Shown here in pieces: positions 22,772 to 37,339 of a stretch of DNA of 64,000 nt. Each line of letters starts with the position of its first letter. Within the stretch, counting starts at the first letter, position 1. The notes beneath the pieces are model-generated. The model saw only the letters and a list, made by a program, of their open reading frames with translations. It was not told the origin of the DNA and did not search any database. Origin of the DNA: Octopus sinensis (taxonomy: Eukaryota). Where the stretch lies: the NCBI RefSeq assembly GCF_006345805.1, contig NC_043001.1, positions 97,960,001 to 98,024,000 of the forward strand. Reading direction: 5' to 3'. The position numbers and the translations under genes are program-made.

Positions 22772-23880
22772 TTTTGGTAGTGGGGATAAGTTGATTACAT
22801 GGTCCCCAGTGTTTAACTGGAACTTAAATTATGGACCCCAAAAGGCTGAAAGGCTAAGTTGACCTCGGAGTAATTTGAATTCAGACAAAACACCGCCAAC
22901 CGTTTTAACCGGTGTACTAAGGAATCTGCCAGCTCACCGCCTTATTTGACATATTAATATTGATTTCAAATTTTGACACACAAGGCCAGCAATTTCTGAG
23001 GAGGGGCTAAGTCAATTATATCGACCCCAATACGCAACTGGTACTTATTTTATCGACTCCAAAAGAATGAAAGGCAAAGTCGACCCAGGAGTAGTTTGAA
23101 CTCAGAACGTAATGACGGACGAAATGTCGTAAAACATTTTCCCCGACGAGCTATAAACTCTGCCAGCTCAACGCCCTAAAAGTAAAATCAACCTCGGCAT
23201 AACTTGAACTCAGGACGTAAAGACGGACGATATACATTCAGCTTTGCTAACAATTCTACTAGTTTACCGATTCACTTTGATCTACTAATATTGATTTCAA
23301 AATGTGTCTCAAGGCCAGCAATTTCTTGGAGAGGATAATTTAAATATTCAAATGACACTTATTTTATCGACCTCAAAGGGATGATGGGCAAAGTCGACCT
23401 TGGCGGAATTTGAACTCAGAATGTGAAGACGGACGAAATACCCGAGAGCATTTCGTCCGGCGTGCTTATATGATATTTATTTCTTTATTGCCCACAAAGG
23501 GCTAAACATAGCGGGTACAGACAAGGACATTAAGTCGATTACATCGACCCCAGTGCGTAACTGGTACTTAATTTATTGACCCCCGAAAGGATGAAAAGCA
23601 AAGTCGACCTCGATGGAATTTGAACTCGGAACGTAACGGCAGACGAAATACCTATTTCATTACTACCCACAAGGGGCTAAATACAAAGGGGACAAACAAG
23701 GACAGACACACGGATTAAATCGATTATATCGACCCTAGTGCGTAACTGGTACTTATTTAATCGACCCCGAAAGGATGAAAGGGAAAGTCGACGTCGACGG
23801 AATTTGAACTCAGAACGTAACGGAATACCGCTAGGCATTTCGCCCAGCGTGCTAACGTTTCTGCCAGCTCGCCGCCTTCA
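22772..23880 (-). mobile_element. Cluster of family A SINE copies of different ages, including a multi-unit array (23500-23880)
   Basis: Repeated aaaggcaaagtcgacc...ggaatttgaactcagaa and ctgccagctcgccgcct segments. Confidence 0.8.
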
Positions 23881-24874
23881 ATTTCACCTATTAATACTGA
23901 AGTCACTTCAAGACGACGAACTTGCAGAATGGTTAACACGGTGGACAAAACGCTTAGTGCTTCACGTCCTGAGTTGATATCCTGATTTGAAACCAATACA
24001 GAAATCACTTCGCATGATCTAGATGTAAATGACAACACCGGGAAATGAAATGTAAAGTAATAAAATGTATTTTCAATAATGTCTAATACCATAATGTTTC
24101 TCAATGCACTCAAGACAATTTTGAGTAATGTATTATGTCTCCATAGGTCTCAGAAGGACAAATAACGACCATCGAAATTGAAAAGAATATCAGAAACGGA
24201 TGGGCGCATTCTTGTTGGAATAAGAAGTAAAAAGAAAAAAGAACTGAGAGAAAAGAAACATGTTTCCAGGAACTCAGTATTCCCGTACACATTTGTGAAA
24301 ACTATTGATTGAGGATATCTTTGGAACTAAAGCCTAAAATTTAGGTAGCATGCCATTAATGAGGATTTAATGCTAGTATCTTTATATAAATCGGCTCCAA
24401 GGTAAAATAATAATGTGTATTATCGCGGCAAGAATGAACTGAACTGGAATACATATCTTATTCCGGATATCGCACTCACGGCTATTGGTGTTTATAAACG
24501 TAGCGCAAATTGTATGAATTGCTGAGGATGCAATGTGTGTAATAGGAATATTAAGAAGGGACAAAGATAGTAAATGATAGAGAATGACAGATAGCGAAAT
24601 AAGCAACCAACAAGAACGTATCTTATGGTGTATGATGTTTCTTCGATTATTGTAAAGTAATATAATTTATCTGTGCCTCAATGTTGTGTGTATATAGAAT
24701 TGTTTTGTCAGGTGTTTGTGTAAGTTTCTGTGTTGTTAGTATTGTATAGAAGCAAGTTAACGGAAAAGATCCAGATTATAATTAAGGCTTTTACCCGCAA
24801 AAGTGTTTGAAACGCTAGATGTGTGAAGAGTAGCGACCATGAAGTCCCATGAAAATACATACAGGCATACATCC

Positions 24875-24921
24875 ATGTATGTATGTATGTATGTATGTAT
24901 GTATGTATGTATGTATGTATG

Positions 24922-24976
<55 letters not shown>

Positions 24977-25094
24977 TTATCTATCTATATGGCTATCTAT
25001 GTATGTATGTATGTATGTATGTATCTATATATATATGTGTGTGTGTGTATCTATCTATCTACCTATTTATCTATCTATATGGCTATCTATCTAC

Positions 25095-25192
<98 letters not shown>

Positions 25193-25242
25193 CCTATTTA
25201 TCTATCTATATGGCTATCTATCCATCTCTCTAGCTATCTATA

Positions 25243-25284
<42 letters not shown>

Positions 25285-25288
25285 TATA
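24875..25288. repeat. (TATG)n-(TATC)n-(TA)n tract with a thrice-recurring variant ttatctatctatatggctatcta
   Basis: Directly visible. Confidence 0.95.
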
Positions 25289-25358
25289 CTAGCTGAAGGT
25301 GACCCGCTCTACGCGCGGGTAAGAGTGTGGCTGTTACTTTCTGTTGCTTCCTCTCAGG
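25289..25358 (-). mobile_element. Helitron 3' end (second family)
   Basis: ta|ctagctgaaggtg then hairpin acccgc-tctacgc-gcgggt (25302-25320), at the edge of (TA)n. Confidence 0.65.
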
Positions 25359-25667
25359 ACGTAAAAAGCACCATCCGAACGTGGCCGATTGCAGCGCCGC
25401 CTTGACTGGCTCCTGTGCCGGTGGCACCTAAAATGCACCAATCGATCGTTGCCGCTGCCAGCCCCCCTGGCACCTGTGCCGGCGGCACGAAAAAAGCACC
25501 CACTACACTCACAGAGTGGTTGGCGTTAGGAAAGTCATCCACCTGTAGAAACACTGCCAGATCAGACTGGAGCCTGGTGCAGCCTCCTGGCTTCCCAGAC
25601 CCCGGTCAAACTGTCCAACCCGTGCTAGCACGGAAAACGGACGTTAAACGATGATGATGATGATGAT
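25359..25667 (+). mobile_element. 3' part of a SINE-like retroposon (family D) with internal repeats and (GAT)n tail
   Basis: gcac(g/c)taaaa(a/t)gcacc-type motif three times; ggcgttaggaaagtcatccacctgtagaaac; ends ggacgttaaacgatgatgatgatgat. Confidence 0.7.
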
Positions 25668-25931
25668 TCTCCCTCTTTGTTTCTCTCTCCTTTCTCTCTC
25701 ACTTTCCCACTCTCTTACTTTTCTTTTCTCTCGGACTCTCCCTCGCTTTCTCTTACTCTCTAAACAACAAAAGATCTTGAGTAAGTTGAGAAATAAAATA
25801 TTTAGAAAGATCAATCATGAATATCAGGCAGTGGCAACGGAAAGGTCTGCTTCAAGGCAGACAGCAAAACGCTAACATTTAAAAGGGACAGACGAACTTG
25901 CGAGCTGAATAAAAATAATAAAATATTGGAA

Positions 25932-26214
25932 ACCAAAGTTTGAAGGGATAGAATCTGAGGACAGTAGAGTCACCATGGCTCGCATTTCTTAATGACGGAC
26001 AGCAACGTATTGACAGTTTAACGGCTGGCGTAATATTTTCAACTTGATGTAAAAGAAAATTCGTAAACACCAAGTTTTGAAGTGATTCTTTCTCACGACA
26101 GTAGACTCACCATGGCAAGCATTCAATACTTCTTCGTCATGGACGGCAACACATTGACGATTAAAAGGCTGGCGCAAATTTTTTAGCTTGATGTAACAGA
26201 GAATTCCTAAACAC
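25932..26214. repeat. Diverged ~137-bp tandem duplication
   Basis: gacagtagagtcaccatggc (25960) vs gacagtagactcaccatggc (26097); ggctggcg...cttgatgtaa...aaacac in both. Confidence 0.8.
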
Positions 26215-26445
26215 TCGCTCCTTTAAATTTTGATCCCCTTCCAGCCCCATTTAGACCCCTTTTCACATTTTTGTTAATATAACCCGATTTCATTCGGGTC
26301 TACTGGGGGCACATTTTATAAGATGCGGAATTTTGTCCTAGAGGTCACGCCTTTCATTTGAGGAAAAAAATAGTTGTCATGCAAACTTGGCAGCACTTTT
26401 AACATAGTGTGCATATTTTCAGCTCAACGACCACATAATGCACAC

Positions 26446-26523
<78 letters not shown>

Positions 26524-27326
26524 ATATATTTATATATGTGTGTGTGTGTGTTGGAGTCTCTCATACGTGAGCGTTGCCGCTGAATTCGACTGGTAAGCAG
26601 GTAACCCTGTCTTTGTTGAAATAGTTGTGAGCTGCTGGAGTTATTTCTCTGACGGGTAATAAGAATTTCCATATCCTCCGAGGAAACGAACTGTTGACCC
26701 AGACAATTAGAATTAATTTTAATAAAAGCATCAATTTAAGAAAAAATAATAAAGTAGTAAAAAATGAAAATTTAGCACGAAAAATTTGCAGGGTTCTAAA
26801 TAAATGTTAAAATGTAATAGATACGAAAAACCTATGTTATCACCAGAACACGAACGCTCGTTGGTGTGTTCTGTTTGTATTTGCTCCATCGGCGCGTTGA
26901 CAGGTAGACAATAGAACGCGATGGCGATGGAATATTTGTTTCTCTCTATGAATGCAGACAGATACATAAGTGAAAGTTATGGGAAGGTAAGAAATAGAGT
27001 GAGTGAAAATGTGCTGGAAAGAGAGGAAATAGCGAGAGTGAGTTGAGGAACACTGATACATTAAATAACGGGAGTGGACCTGTCAAAGTTATATATGAAG
27101 GGGAGTTAGAGGGGAATGGAGGAAATAGCGTGATTGAGGAAGATGGCCTCTATCAACCACACCTTTTAAGATAGGGATTTTTAAGGTAACACACGGGCAT
27201 CGTCACCTCATTTTACATGTCCCTGTAAATTTTTTTGGAGCGAATCGGACGGGATGTAGTGGCATTGAAAGCGAGCCAAGCGGTAAAAACGCATTTCAGT
27301 TTTATATATATAGATATATATGTGTG

Positions 27327-27365
<39 letters not shown>

Positions 27366-27399
27366 TCCCGTTTTCGTTTCGTCCGAGACGATGAAAACA

Positions 27400-27760
27400 T
27401 ATGTTATAAAATATGTTATAAAATTGGTTTCAAGTTCTCGCACAGGGCCAGTAGATTTTGAGGAAAGATGGTTGTCAATTACATCGATCCCAGTAATTGC
27501 ATGGTACATGTTTTATCGATACCTAAAGAAAGAAAGGCAAAGTCGACCTCGGCGGAATTTGAACTGAGAGTTTGAAGACGAACAAAATGCCTCCATAACT
27601 TTTATCCACCAAGATATTTTGTAATACTCCATTCCACTAGAGGTTTAAGGCCTGAAATTTCAAAGGAGGAAGCTAGTCAAGTACCAATTCAGTACTCGGG
27701 CCAAAATTGTTGCCCTTTGTACAAAAATTTGAAATAAATTTCAAGCCATCTTATTCATGG
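27400..27760 (-). mobile_element. Decayed family A SINE fragments
   Basis: aaggcaaagtcgacctcggcggaatttgaactga; tail remnants. Confidence 0.6.
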
Positions 27761-27779
27761 TGTCTGTGAATTATATATT

Positions 27780-28178
27780 CTTCGCTACTGTAGGCACATG
27801 GGCCGAAATTTTTGGAGCGGGGTGGCAGTCGATTAGATCGACCCCAGTATGCAACTGGTACTCAATTTATCGACCTCGAAAGGTTGAAAAGCAAAGTCGA
27901 CCTTGGTGGAATTTGAACTCAGAACGCAAAGACAGACGAAATACCTATTTCTTTACTACCCACAAAGGGCCAAACACAGAGGGGACAAACAAGGACAGAC
28001 AAACGGATTAACTCGATTATATCTACCCTAGTGCGTAACTGGTACTTAATTTATCGACCCCGAAAGGATGAAAGCAAAGTCAACCTCGGTGGAATTTGAA
28101 CTCAGAACGTAACGGCAGACGAAATATCACTACGCATTTCGCCCGGCGTGCTAACGATTTTGCCAGTTAGCCGCCTTG
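27780..28178 (-). mobile_element. Family A SINE two-unit array with 15-bp TSD
   Basis: tgtgaattatatatt at 27765-27779 and 28179-28193. Confidence 0.85.
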
Positions 28179-28894
28179 TGTGAATTATATATTGTCGCAG
28201 AGCTCGTAAGAAAGAAATAACATATATATATAAATGTTACTTCTTTTCAGGTACATGACGATACATTAGCAAACAGAAAAAAGAAATTTTCCGACAAACC
28301 AACAGACTGGCATTTGTTGGCTGGGTGTGAAGCGAATTTGCAAACAAGAAACCAGTGATTATTTGATTATTGTGGAAGAGTTGAGAGAATTGAAAGGAAC
28401 AGTAACGCAGCAGGGAAGTAACGTGATATTAATTTATATTAATCATTATTTGGAAAACTTCTGTAGCAGAATGATCGAGAGCAGTTGGAAGAAGGTGTTA
28501 CTGAATGTTCGAAGAATTAACTGAAGAGACAAAAATATTTATTTGAAGTCAAAAATTGAAAATGCATCGACAGAATTTTAAATAATTAAAAAAAATTTGG
28601 AAATTGTTCAAGATTTATTCTGATAATTTTTTCTGAGAATAATTAGAAAAAGTAACTGACCATACCTTCTAGGCATTTCACGTTGCTTTCATTGCAGGAG
28701 CCCCAAGATCCCTGTTGATCGTTTTTTTCCTTTTCTTTCCCCACCCCCTTATTTCTTCTTTCCCTTTTACGATCCCTTTTGATAGAAAACCTACATCACT
28801 TTTTTTGGTTTTTGTGTTTTTTCTCCCCAAAAAGAAAAGCTCTACTTTCTAATCTGTCCTGTCTGTGTACAGCCCTGTGTGGATAATAACGAAA

Positions 28895-28896
28895 CA

Positions 28897-28993
<97 letters not shown>

Positions 28994-29045
28994 GTCTATC
29001 TATATATCTATCTATATATCTATATATTATTATTATTATTATTAT
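28895..29045. repeat. (TATC)n microsatellite
   Basis: Directly visible. Confidence 0.96.
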
Positions 29046-29348
29046 TTTTATTAATCCCTCCACAAAAAAACACGAAAGAAAACAAGAAAAATCAACAAAT
29101 GCAAATGACTAGATTTTGTTGTATGCTTTTTATTCCCTAGCCGTGTCTCCTGTGCGTACCTAGCATACTGAAAGTATAGAGACCATCGTGTATTCTTTCA
29201 GCAATTGTATATACAAGGAAATGCAAACATTGTAACCTTACATAATTACAAAGGCATTAGACATTGGTATTCGTACATGCAATATTCAAAAATCATTGGT
29301 CCAAAGAAATAACATTAATATATATATATATTTATGCGTTTATGTGTG

Positions 29349-29442
<94 letters not shown>

Positions 29443-29929
29443 AACATATATTTAAACATTTAAACACATAAGAGATAGCCGTCATAGGATTCCTTTCACG
29501 ATGGAAAGAACAGCTAAAGTGGTTTGGAATTTAGCTGTTCCTTCTAGCGTAAAAGTAATCCTATGACGGATACCTCTTATGTGTTTAACTGTACACTGTA
29601 CATATATACATATATAATATTTTCGCACACACAAAATGGCGTTATTAGAGTTTCTGTGCCTTTGCAAAGATGTATGTATGCTATGACACAGACATGTCAT
29701 TCACAGTCGTTCATATGTATCTGATGAGAGGTGTATGTGACGATTTTCTATTCATTTACGATACTGTATTTTTATCATGGCGATATGTCAGTAAGGCTGT
29801 ATAGTATATTTTGATGTATGTACGTTAATAATATATCTATGTCTGGTAGCGAATATGTGTGCGTCGTGTACACCTTTCGTAATGGTTGGAATATTACGTG
29901 CGTGTTTGTTGATATAATCACAGTAACAC

Positions 29930-29974
29930 CGATATACATACATACATATATATGTATATGTTTGTGTGTGTGTA

Positions 29975-30041
<67 letters not shown>

Positions 30042-30713
30042 GTCTATGTATATATATTCACATGTATATACATGTATAAATGTACGTACATGCATATGTG
30101 TAAACATATTTATATATATATATGTATATACATATGTGTATATATATACATATACGTATATATATATATGCATATACATATATATATGTATGAATATACA
30201 TACATATATATGTATGTATATACATAAATATATATACATATATTTATACACATACATATATGTTTATACATATATATATAGGTATATATATGTATTGAAA
30301 TATATATATATATATGTGTATATGTAATCATGTATATATTTATGTATATGTAAACACAATGTGTATTTGTAAAGAAGTCAGCTCAACAAGCTATTTTGTG
30401 TTTATACATATGTCTATTCTTTGTCTCAATCGCTAAAACATTTTAAACATTGATTTTTATTTCTACTTAATTTCATCTTTATGTGCCTCCCGTATCCCAT
30501 ATGACATAATTCAAAATAGAAAACTTCCTCATATATTACTCTTTTGGCATCATTTTCTATCTTGGCTTCTGTTTTTCATATTTCGTTTTTAACAGATGTC
30601 TTGTTTTAAGAGATAACGTTTAACCTTTAATAATGAACCACATTTCTACATTATATTAGCAATCTCACTATATCATACGATCAAATTTATTACACAAAAA
30701 CACTCCCATGCGC

Positions 30714-30776
<63 letters not shown>

Positions 30777-30881
30777 ATATACATATATATATATAGATGC
30801 GTCTAAATATCTATTTGCATGCATATATATATATATGCATATGTCTAAATATCTATATGTATGCATATATATATATATGTG

Positions 30882-30951
<70 letters not shown>

Positions 30952-31200
30952 GTGTGTGTGGTGTGTGTGTGTGTACATATATGCATATATATGCATACGT
31001 ATAAATTTACGTACACATCACATATTCAAATATAGTATGTATGCACATGCAGACACATATGTACGTACGCATATTCATGCACACGCACACATTCTCTCTC
31101 TGCATCTCTCTCTCTCTCTCTGTCTCTCACGCACGCACACACATACACATAGGCACACACACAAACTCACATATATATGTAGATATATATTTGAGTATAT
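29930..31200. repeat. Long degenerate (TA)/(TG)/(CA) low-complexity tracts (29930-30360, 30715-31200)
   Basis: Directly visible. Confidence 0.93.
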
Positions 31201-31624
31201 CTACATCCGTAAAGCGCAGTCCGGAAACATAATTTTTCAATATCTCTCGGCGTAACATAAATTGTGTATATAGATATCTATTGATACATTTGTCAATATA
31301 CTATCTTGGAGTTCAGCTGGTTATGCCTATGTCCAATATATTGAACTGTCATCGAGATTAAATTTAATGAGCTCAGTTTAAATATCACGTGTACTTTTCC
31401 TAGTTTGCAGAGCTAAATTATTATACATAGAAGTGTGTGTGGTTCTCTGGCAAGAAACCATCCCTAGTTGTATGCTTCAAGCAGGAAAAAAATATTATAA
31501 CTCTTCCTGTGGGGAATACATGACGAACCGATTACACTTTACGTATATTTAACAAATGACGCAGAATAATATAAAATTGGCTATCACCAATAAGAGAGAT
31601 GGAAAATTCCATGTCTTATATTGC

Positions 31625-31684
<60 letters not shown>

Positions 31685-31749
31685 TTTTTAATTATATATA
31701 TATATATATTTTTTTTTTAATTATATATATATATATATTTTAATTATAT

Positions 31750-32317
31750 ACGCCGGGCGAAATGCATAGCTGTATTTCGTCTGTCACTAGTTTGTGAGTT
31801 GAAATTCCGCCGAGCTCGACTTTACCTTTCGTCCTTTCGGGGTCGATAAATTAAGTAACAGATGCACACTCGGGTCGATGTAATCGACTTAATCCGTTTG
31901 TCGTTCCTTATTTGTCCCCTGTATGTTTAGCCCCTTGTGGGTAATAAAGAAACAGGTATTTCGTCTGCCCCTACGTTCTGAGTTCAAATTCCACCGAGGT
32001 CGACTTTGCCTTCCATCCTTTCAGGGCCGATTAAATAAGTACCAGTTACGCACTAGGGTCGATATAATCAACTTAATCCATTTGTCTGTCCTTGTTTGTC
32101 CTCTCTGTGTTTAGACCCTTGTGGGTAGTAAAAAATAGGTATTTCGTCTGCCGCTACGTTCAAATTCCGCCGAGGTCGATTTTGCCTTTCATCCTTTCGG
32201 GATCGATTAAATATGTAACAGTTACGCACTTGGGTCGATATAATCGACTGAATCCGTTTGTCTGTTCTTGTTTGTCCTCTCTGTGTTTAGCCCTTGTAGG
32301 TAGTAAAGAAATAGGTA
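31750..32317 (+). mobile_element. Family A SINE three-unit tandem array, head truncated
   Basis: Three ~180-bp units each ending cccttgt(g/a)ggta(a/g)taaa...aggtat. Confidence 0.88.
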
Positions 32318-32338
32318 TGTATATACATATGCGTGTGT

Positions 32339-32377
<39 letters not shown>

Positions 32378-34126
32378 GGCACACAGCCTAGTCTTTAGAG
32401 TGTTGCATTCACGAGTATAAGATCGCGATTTCGATTCTCAAGCTGGCGGCGAGTTGTGTTTTTGAGCCAACAATTTTGTGTTGTTCCAATACAGCTGGTT
32501 TTTCTATGGTAGTTACTTCTCTATTATCAAAACAAAATGTAATAAAACGGTTCCACTAAAGTCAATGCCATTGATTGTTATGTTATATAAAGAGATTCCC
32601 TAATACCGTATCTACAATTTGCTGATCTCCGAGAGTAAGTTGTCTGCAAACCGAAAACATCGAACAGATTGTTATGGATTCAATTCTGTAAAAGTAAAAT
32701 ATAGGCTGGTGGTTTTGAATCGAACACCAAATCTCTTTCGCTCAAATAGGGATCGTTTGATGGCCTTCCGTATTATTCATTTAACTATTGAAAAACATTT
32801 GAGTAAGAGTGCCCATTTTTGTTTTAAAACATTTACACAAACTAATCTGATGTGGAATCGAACCTAACACTTTCTAGCTGAAAAATAATCGTTTTCACCA
32901 CACAGACTTTTTCTGCGCGCATTGCTGTTGTATTTAGACTGATAGTCTACCGTTTCTGTCATTCTGACGCCTTCGTTTTCAACATTAATTATTAATAAAA
33001 TTACACTTTATAAACCATCCAATATTTTTTCGCAGCACTCTATTACATTTGTTGAAACATTACTTTTGTCTCATTTTCTAAATTATTTTTCGCTTCAATA
33101 TAATTTTTTGTATTGTTCCTTTTCCGGCATTTGTTTTTCTATTTTTACTTGAAGTTTTATAAAACAATGTTATGGTTTGCATCGTTTCTCAACCATGAGA
33201 CATAAATTATAAAGTATCAGCGGAGACTATTCTACTCCAATAAATTTCCAATTCTTCCCCCTGTCTCCATGTCCGCTTTCCGCCTTGCCTAATGCTGTCT
33301 GTTTCATCAGTATAGCAACACCTTCTAACTTCATGCTATCACAATTATACAGAATTTACGCTTCTACTAACTGGTGACAGTTTGCAAATATATCAGACGT
33401 AATTTCATGTATTTTTCATTCAATATTTCATTAGTTTTTACTTTAGGTTTCTCCTTCGGTTTTTCTATTTTTTTTCTAAATGTTTTCACGGCGATTAAAC
33501 TCATTATTTATCCTAAGACTTTATTTTAAAATTTTCTATATAATTATTTTAAATTCTAAGATTCTATTATAAACAGTCTTATTTCCTGCTGTAAGGTTAC
33601 ATTTCTAATGCGTTGATGTAGAGATCTCGAAATAACGGAATAACTATGTACATAAGATATATACATGTATCGAATAATAAGCAATATTAGTTCACTAGTC
33701 GTTTAATCGTTTAATAACGTTGGTCACTGTAAGTTATCATGCTGGAGCAACATCATGAAGATAGAAGAAATATGACATATACAGACGCACAGGCACGTAC
33801 ACAAACACACACACACACACACACCTATATATATAATGTATATACATACATGTATAAAGATACATATGTGTGTGTGTGAATATAGATGCATATATATAGG
33901 TTCATGCAAGAGTAAGTATACATTTATAAAAAACATGTACAATAGAAATTTTTTTTTTAATTAAATGTATTATAGTTATGATAAATGTATTATTATGATT
34001 AATGACACTGAAAATGGCTAATTTAATGTCGTAATGATTTTCATAAAATAAGTATCATAACTTTGATGTTATACTTACCGTATACCTTTTGTTTCACCCC
34101 GCAGTATATATACATATATATATATA

Positions 34127-34158
<32 letters not shown>

Positions 34159-34161
<3 letters not shown>

Positions 34162-34516
34162 GGTCCCGGGTTGATTTGGGGTTAACCACAGTAAATAAGG
34201 TACTCAATACATAGCAGAGTAAAATTAATTTATTATATAGAAGGAGCTTCTACAGGACTAGAACTGTTTCATTCAAGAGAAATCTTCAGGAAGCTAGTTA
34301 ACAAGAATTGTATTGGCATTTATACATTTAGGCAGGTTTAAAGGGGTGGTGGTGGGGGACTTTTTGGGGGTAGGCATAGCGCAAAAAAATCATACTTGGG
34401 GGAGTGGTCAAGGAGTCAGTGGTAAATTAGATAGAAGAATAAATAAAAGAATAAAAAAAGAGAATAAAAAAATATATAGAAGAATAGAGTTTTAGGTAAA
34501 TAAGGAGATTCTCACT
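34159..34516 (-). mobile_element. Solo microsatellite-flanked non-coding element containing an HHR (putative Penelope-like terminal repeat)
   Basis: Unique ~360-bp island between (TA)n and (CA/TA)n; minus strand order pyrimidine-rich leader, gtataaat (34318-34325), HHR, aataaa (34229-34234). Confidence 0.6.
34245..34295 (-). ncRNA. Type I hammerhead ribozyme with full stem III
   Basis: AGCUUC-CUGAAGA-UUUC(UCUU)GAAU-GAAA-CAG(UUCUAGUC)CUG-UA^GAAGCU; 6-bp stem I, 4-bp stem III, GUA triplet; U.U mismatch at the base of stem II. Confidence 0.75.
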
Positions 34517-34571
34517 TATACCTATACACATATGTATACATATATACACACACACACACATATACGCACAC

Positions 34572-34631
<60 letters not shown>

Positions 34632-35352
34632 ATATACATACATATATCCACACACATATATATATATATATATACATATACATACATACACATATACATG
34701 CACATACATATACACACACACATGTATATATACACACACACGACCACACATACACATACACACAAAAAATATATACATACACACACATACACATACACAC
34801 ATACACACACAAATCCACATACACACATGCACACACAACACACAAGTCCCTATATACTCATATATACATATACACATATATGTATATATACATATATATA
34901 TATACATACATATGTGTACCTATTCATACCTACACATACACACATATACATACAAATACAAACCCATTCCCTAATTTAAATTATATTATCTTCATTTATT
35001 ACTTTTGTTATCTTTGACCGCTGGTCACAAGCATCTTGGCTACGACAGCTAGTCCCTTTTATCTTTCTACTTGAGCACAAGCACTCACTCACGCACGCAC
35101 ACTCATTAGCACGCACACTCACTCATTCGTACACTCATACACATACACGCACGCACGCGTTATATTCATACATACATAGATCTACATACATACACGTATA
35201 TACACATACGTACGCGTACCTACAGATTCATGTCTACAATCTTAGAAGACTAGTCTATACGTATACACCAATAAATATATATACACACATACATATACAC
35301 CTACATACAAATACATACATACATATATATACACATATATATATATACACAT

Positions 35353-35387
<35 letters not shown>

Positions 35388-35528
35388 CATATCCGCATAC
35401 ATACATACATACATACATACACCCATACATACATACATATATACACACATACACACACCCACACGTATACATATACATACATATACGCGCATGCATACAC
35501 ATACAAATACATACACATACACATGCAT

Positions 35529-35575
<47 letters not shown>

Positions 35576-35941
35576 CATACATATACATACATACATATAC
35601 ATATATACACACACACATACATACACATATACACATACACGCACATACACATATACATGCGTACCCATACACACACACACACGCGCATCCATATATACAC
35701 ATAAGTACACACATGCGTACAAGTATACATATATCTATGCTTACACATACACACACACAAACACCTCACTCCTTATGTTCATACTTACATGCATACTCAA
35801 AAAATAAGTAATAAAATATATATATGTGCAGTTATTCATACATGCATACTCAAAAAATAAATAATAAATAATAAATAATAAATATTAAGTATATATACGT
35901 GCAGTTACCTATTATACAGACGGATACATACATATAAACTT

Positions 35942-35986
<45 letters not shown>

Positions 35987-35995
35987 ATACATATA

Positions 35996-36026
<31 letters not shown>

Positions 36027-36285
36027 CATACTTACACATATGTACATATACATACACACATACATAACTCTACGTACCTACATATACCTAAACACACGAG
36101 CGTACACGTATATGTACATATACACATACACATACACACACATATATACATACATACATATACATACACGCATATATACACATATATATATATATATACC
36201 TATATATATATATATTATATATATATATACACATATACATATATATACATATATATACATATACACACATACATACACACATATA

Positions 36286-36317
<32 letters not shown>

Positions 36318-36586
36318 CACATATACATATATATACATATACACATACATACATACACATACATATACATATACACACATACACACACACATACATATAT
36401 ACACACACACACACATACATATACATACACACATACATACACATATATATACACACATACATACACATATATATATATATATACGCACATACATATATAT
36501 ATATATATATACATATACATGTGTGCAAACATACATACATACTCATACACACTCACACACTTACATATACATATATACACACACTT

Positions 36587-36629
<43 letters not shown>
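34517..36629. repeat. ~2.1-kb degenerate (CA)/(TA)/(CATA) low-complexity tract
   Basis: Directly visible; source of the many YI/HT/VC ORFs. Confidence 0.95.
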
Positions 36630-36630
<1 letters not shown>

Positions 36631-36660
36631 TAGCAGAGATACCCGGCGTTGTCCGGTTAC
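36630..36660 (-). mobile_element. Helitron 3' terminus; extent of body unknown
   Basis: ta|ctagcagagatacccggcgttgtccgg, same design as 16869. Confidence 0.65.
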
Positions 36661-37339
36661 ATACAATTGAAGAATTAGACTTTTCAGTTATACCTTCTGT
36701 AATGAACTGGAATATCTGTTTCGAATTTCATCAAAATTGCAGATGAGGGTTATTTCCCTCTTTACACACCCTAAAAAAATTGTAATCGTGCCACATGTAT
36801 CCCATACTACTGATTTTTATGCGCATATTCCAAAATTCCAGTCTTATTAAACCTGTTAAAAAGATTTTGCTCCTGAAAAATGAAGGTCATGGAGCTCTAA
36901 AATGTGAGCGTTAAGGCCCCTGTTGGGGGTGGGCATCTTAATGTCAACCAGAAAGTTGAATTGTTGAAAATCTTTTTAACTTGGGTCTTATATCTATTGT
37001 TTGAATTTCTTTGAAATAGGAAATAGATGTTCACTGGGTTTGTAAAAGAGAGTAAAGCTACAGGAAACCAAAAGACGAATGATCACAATAAGCAGTCAGT
37101 TATCCTACCCTAGTCGTTACCACTCCCAATGTAGGATTCCTCACCATCTAGGTGGCAGGCACAGCCGTAAGTTGCATTACGAATCTATAGCAATTGGAAG
37201 GGCGTCACCCAACTGAAATCAACATTAACAACTGTGTGACATGAGGTCTAAGGAAAAATTAAAGTGTCACCAATGGAGTTTGGAAATGACCACAATACTG
37301 ATACGTAACTGGGCAGAATAAATTTAAAATCTATAAATG

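Noticed and set aside
36910-36990. LNVNQKVELLK peptide reminiscent of a pogo/Tigger HTH start
   Set aside because: Too short, with no downstream transposase motifs or TIRs found.
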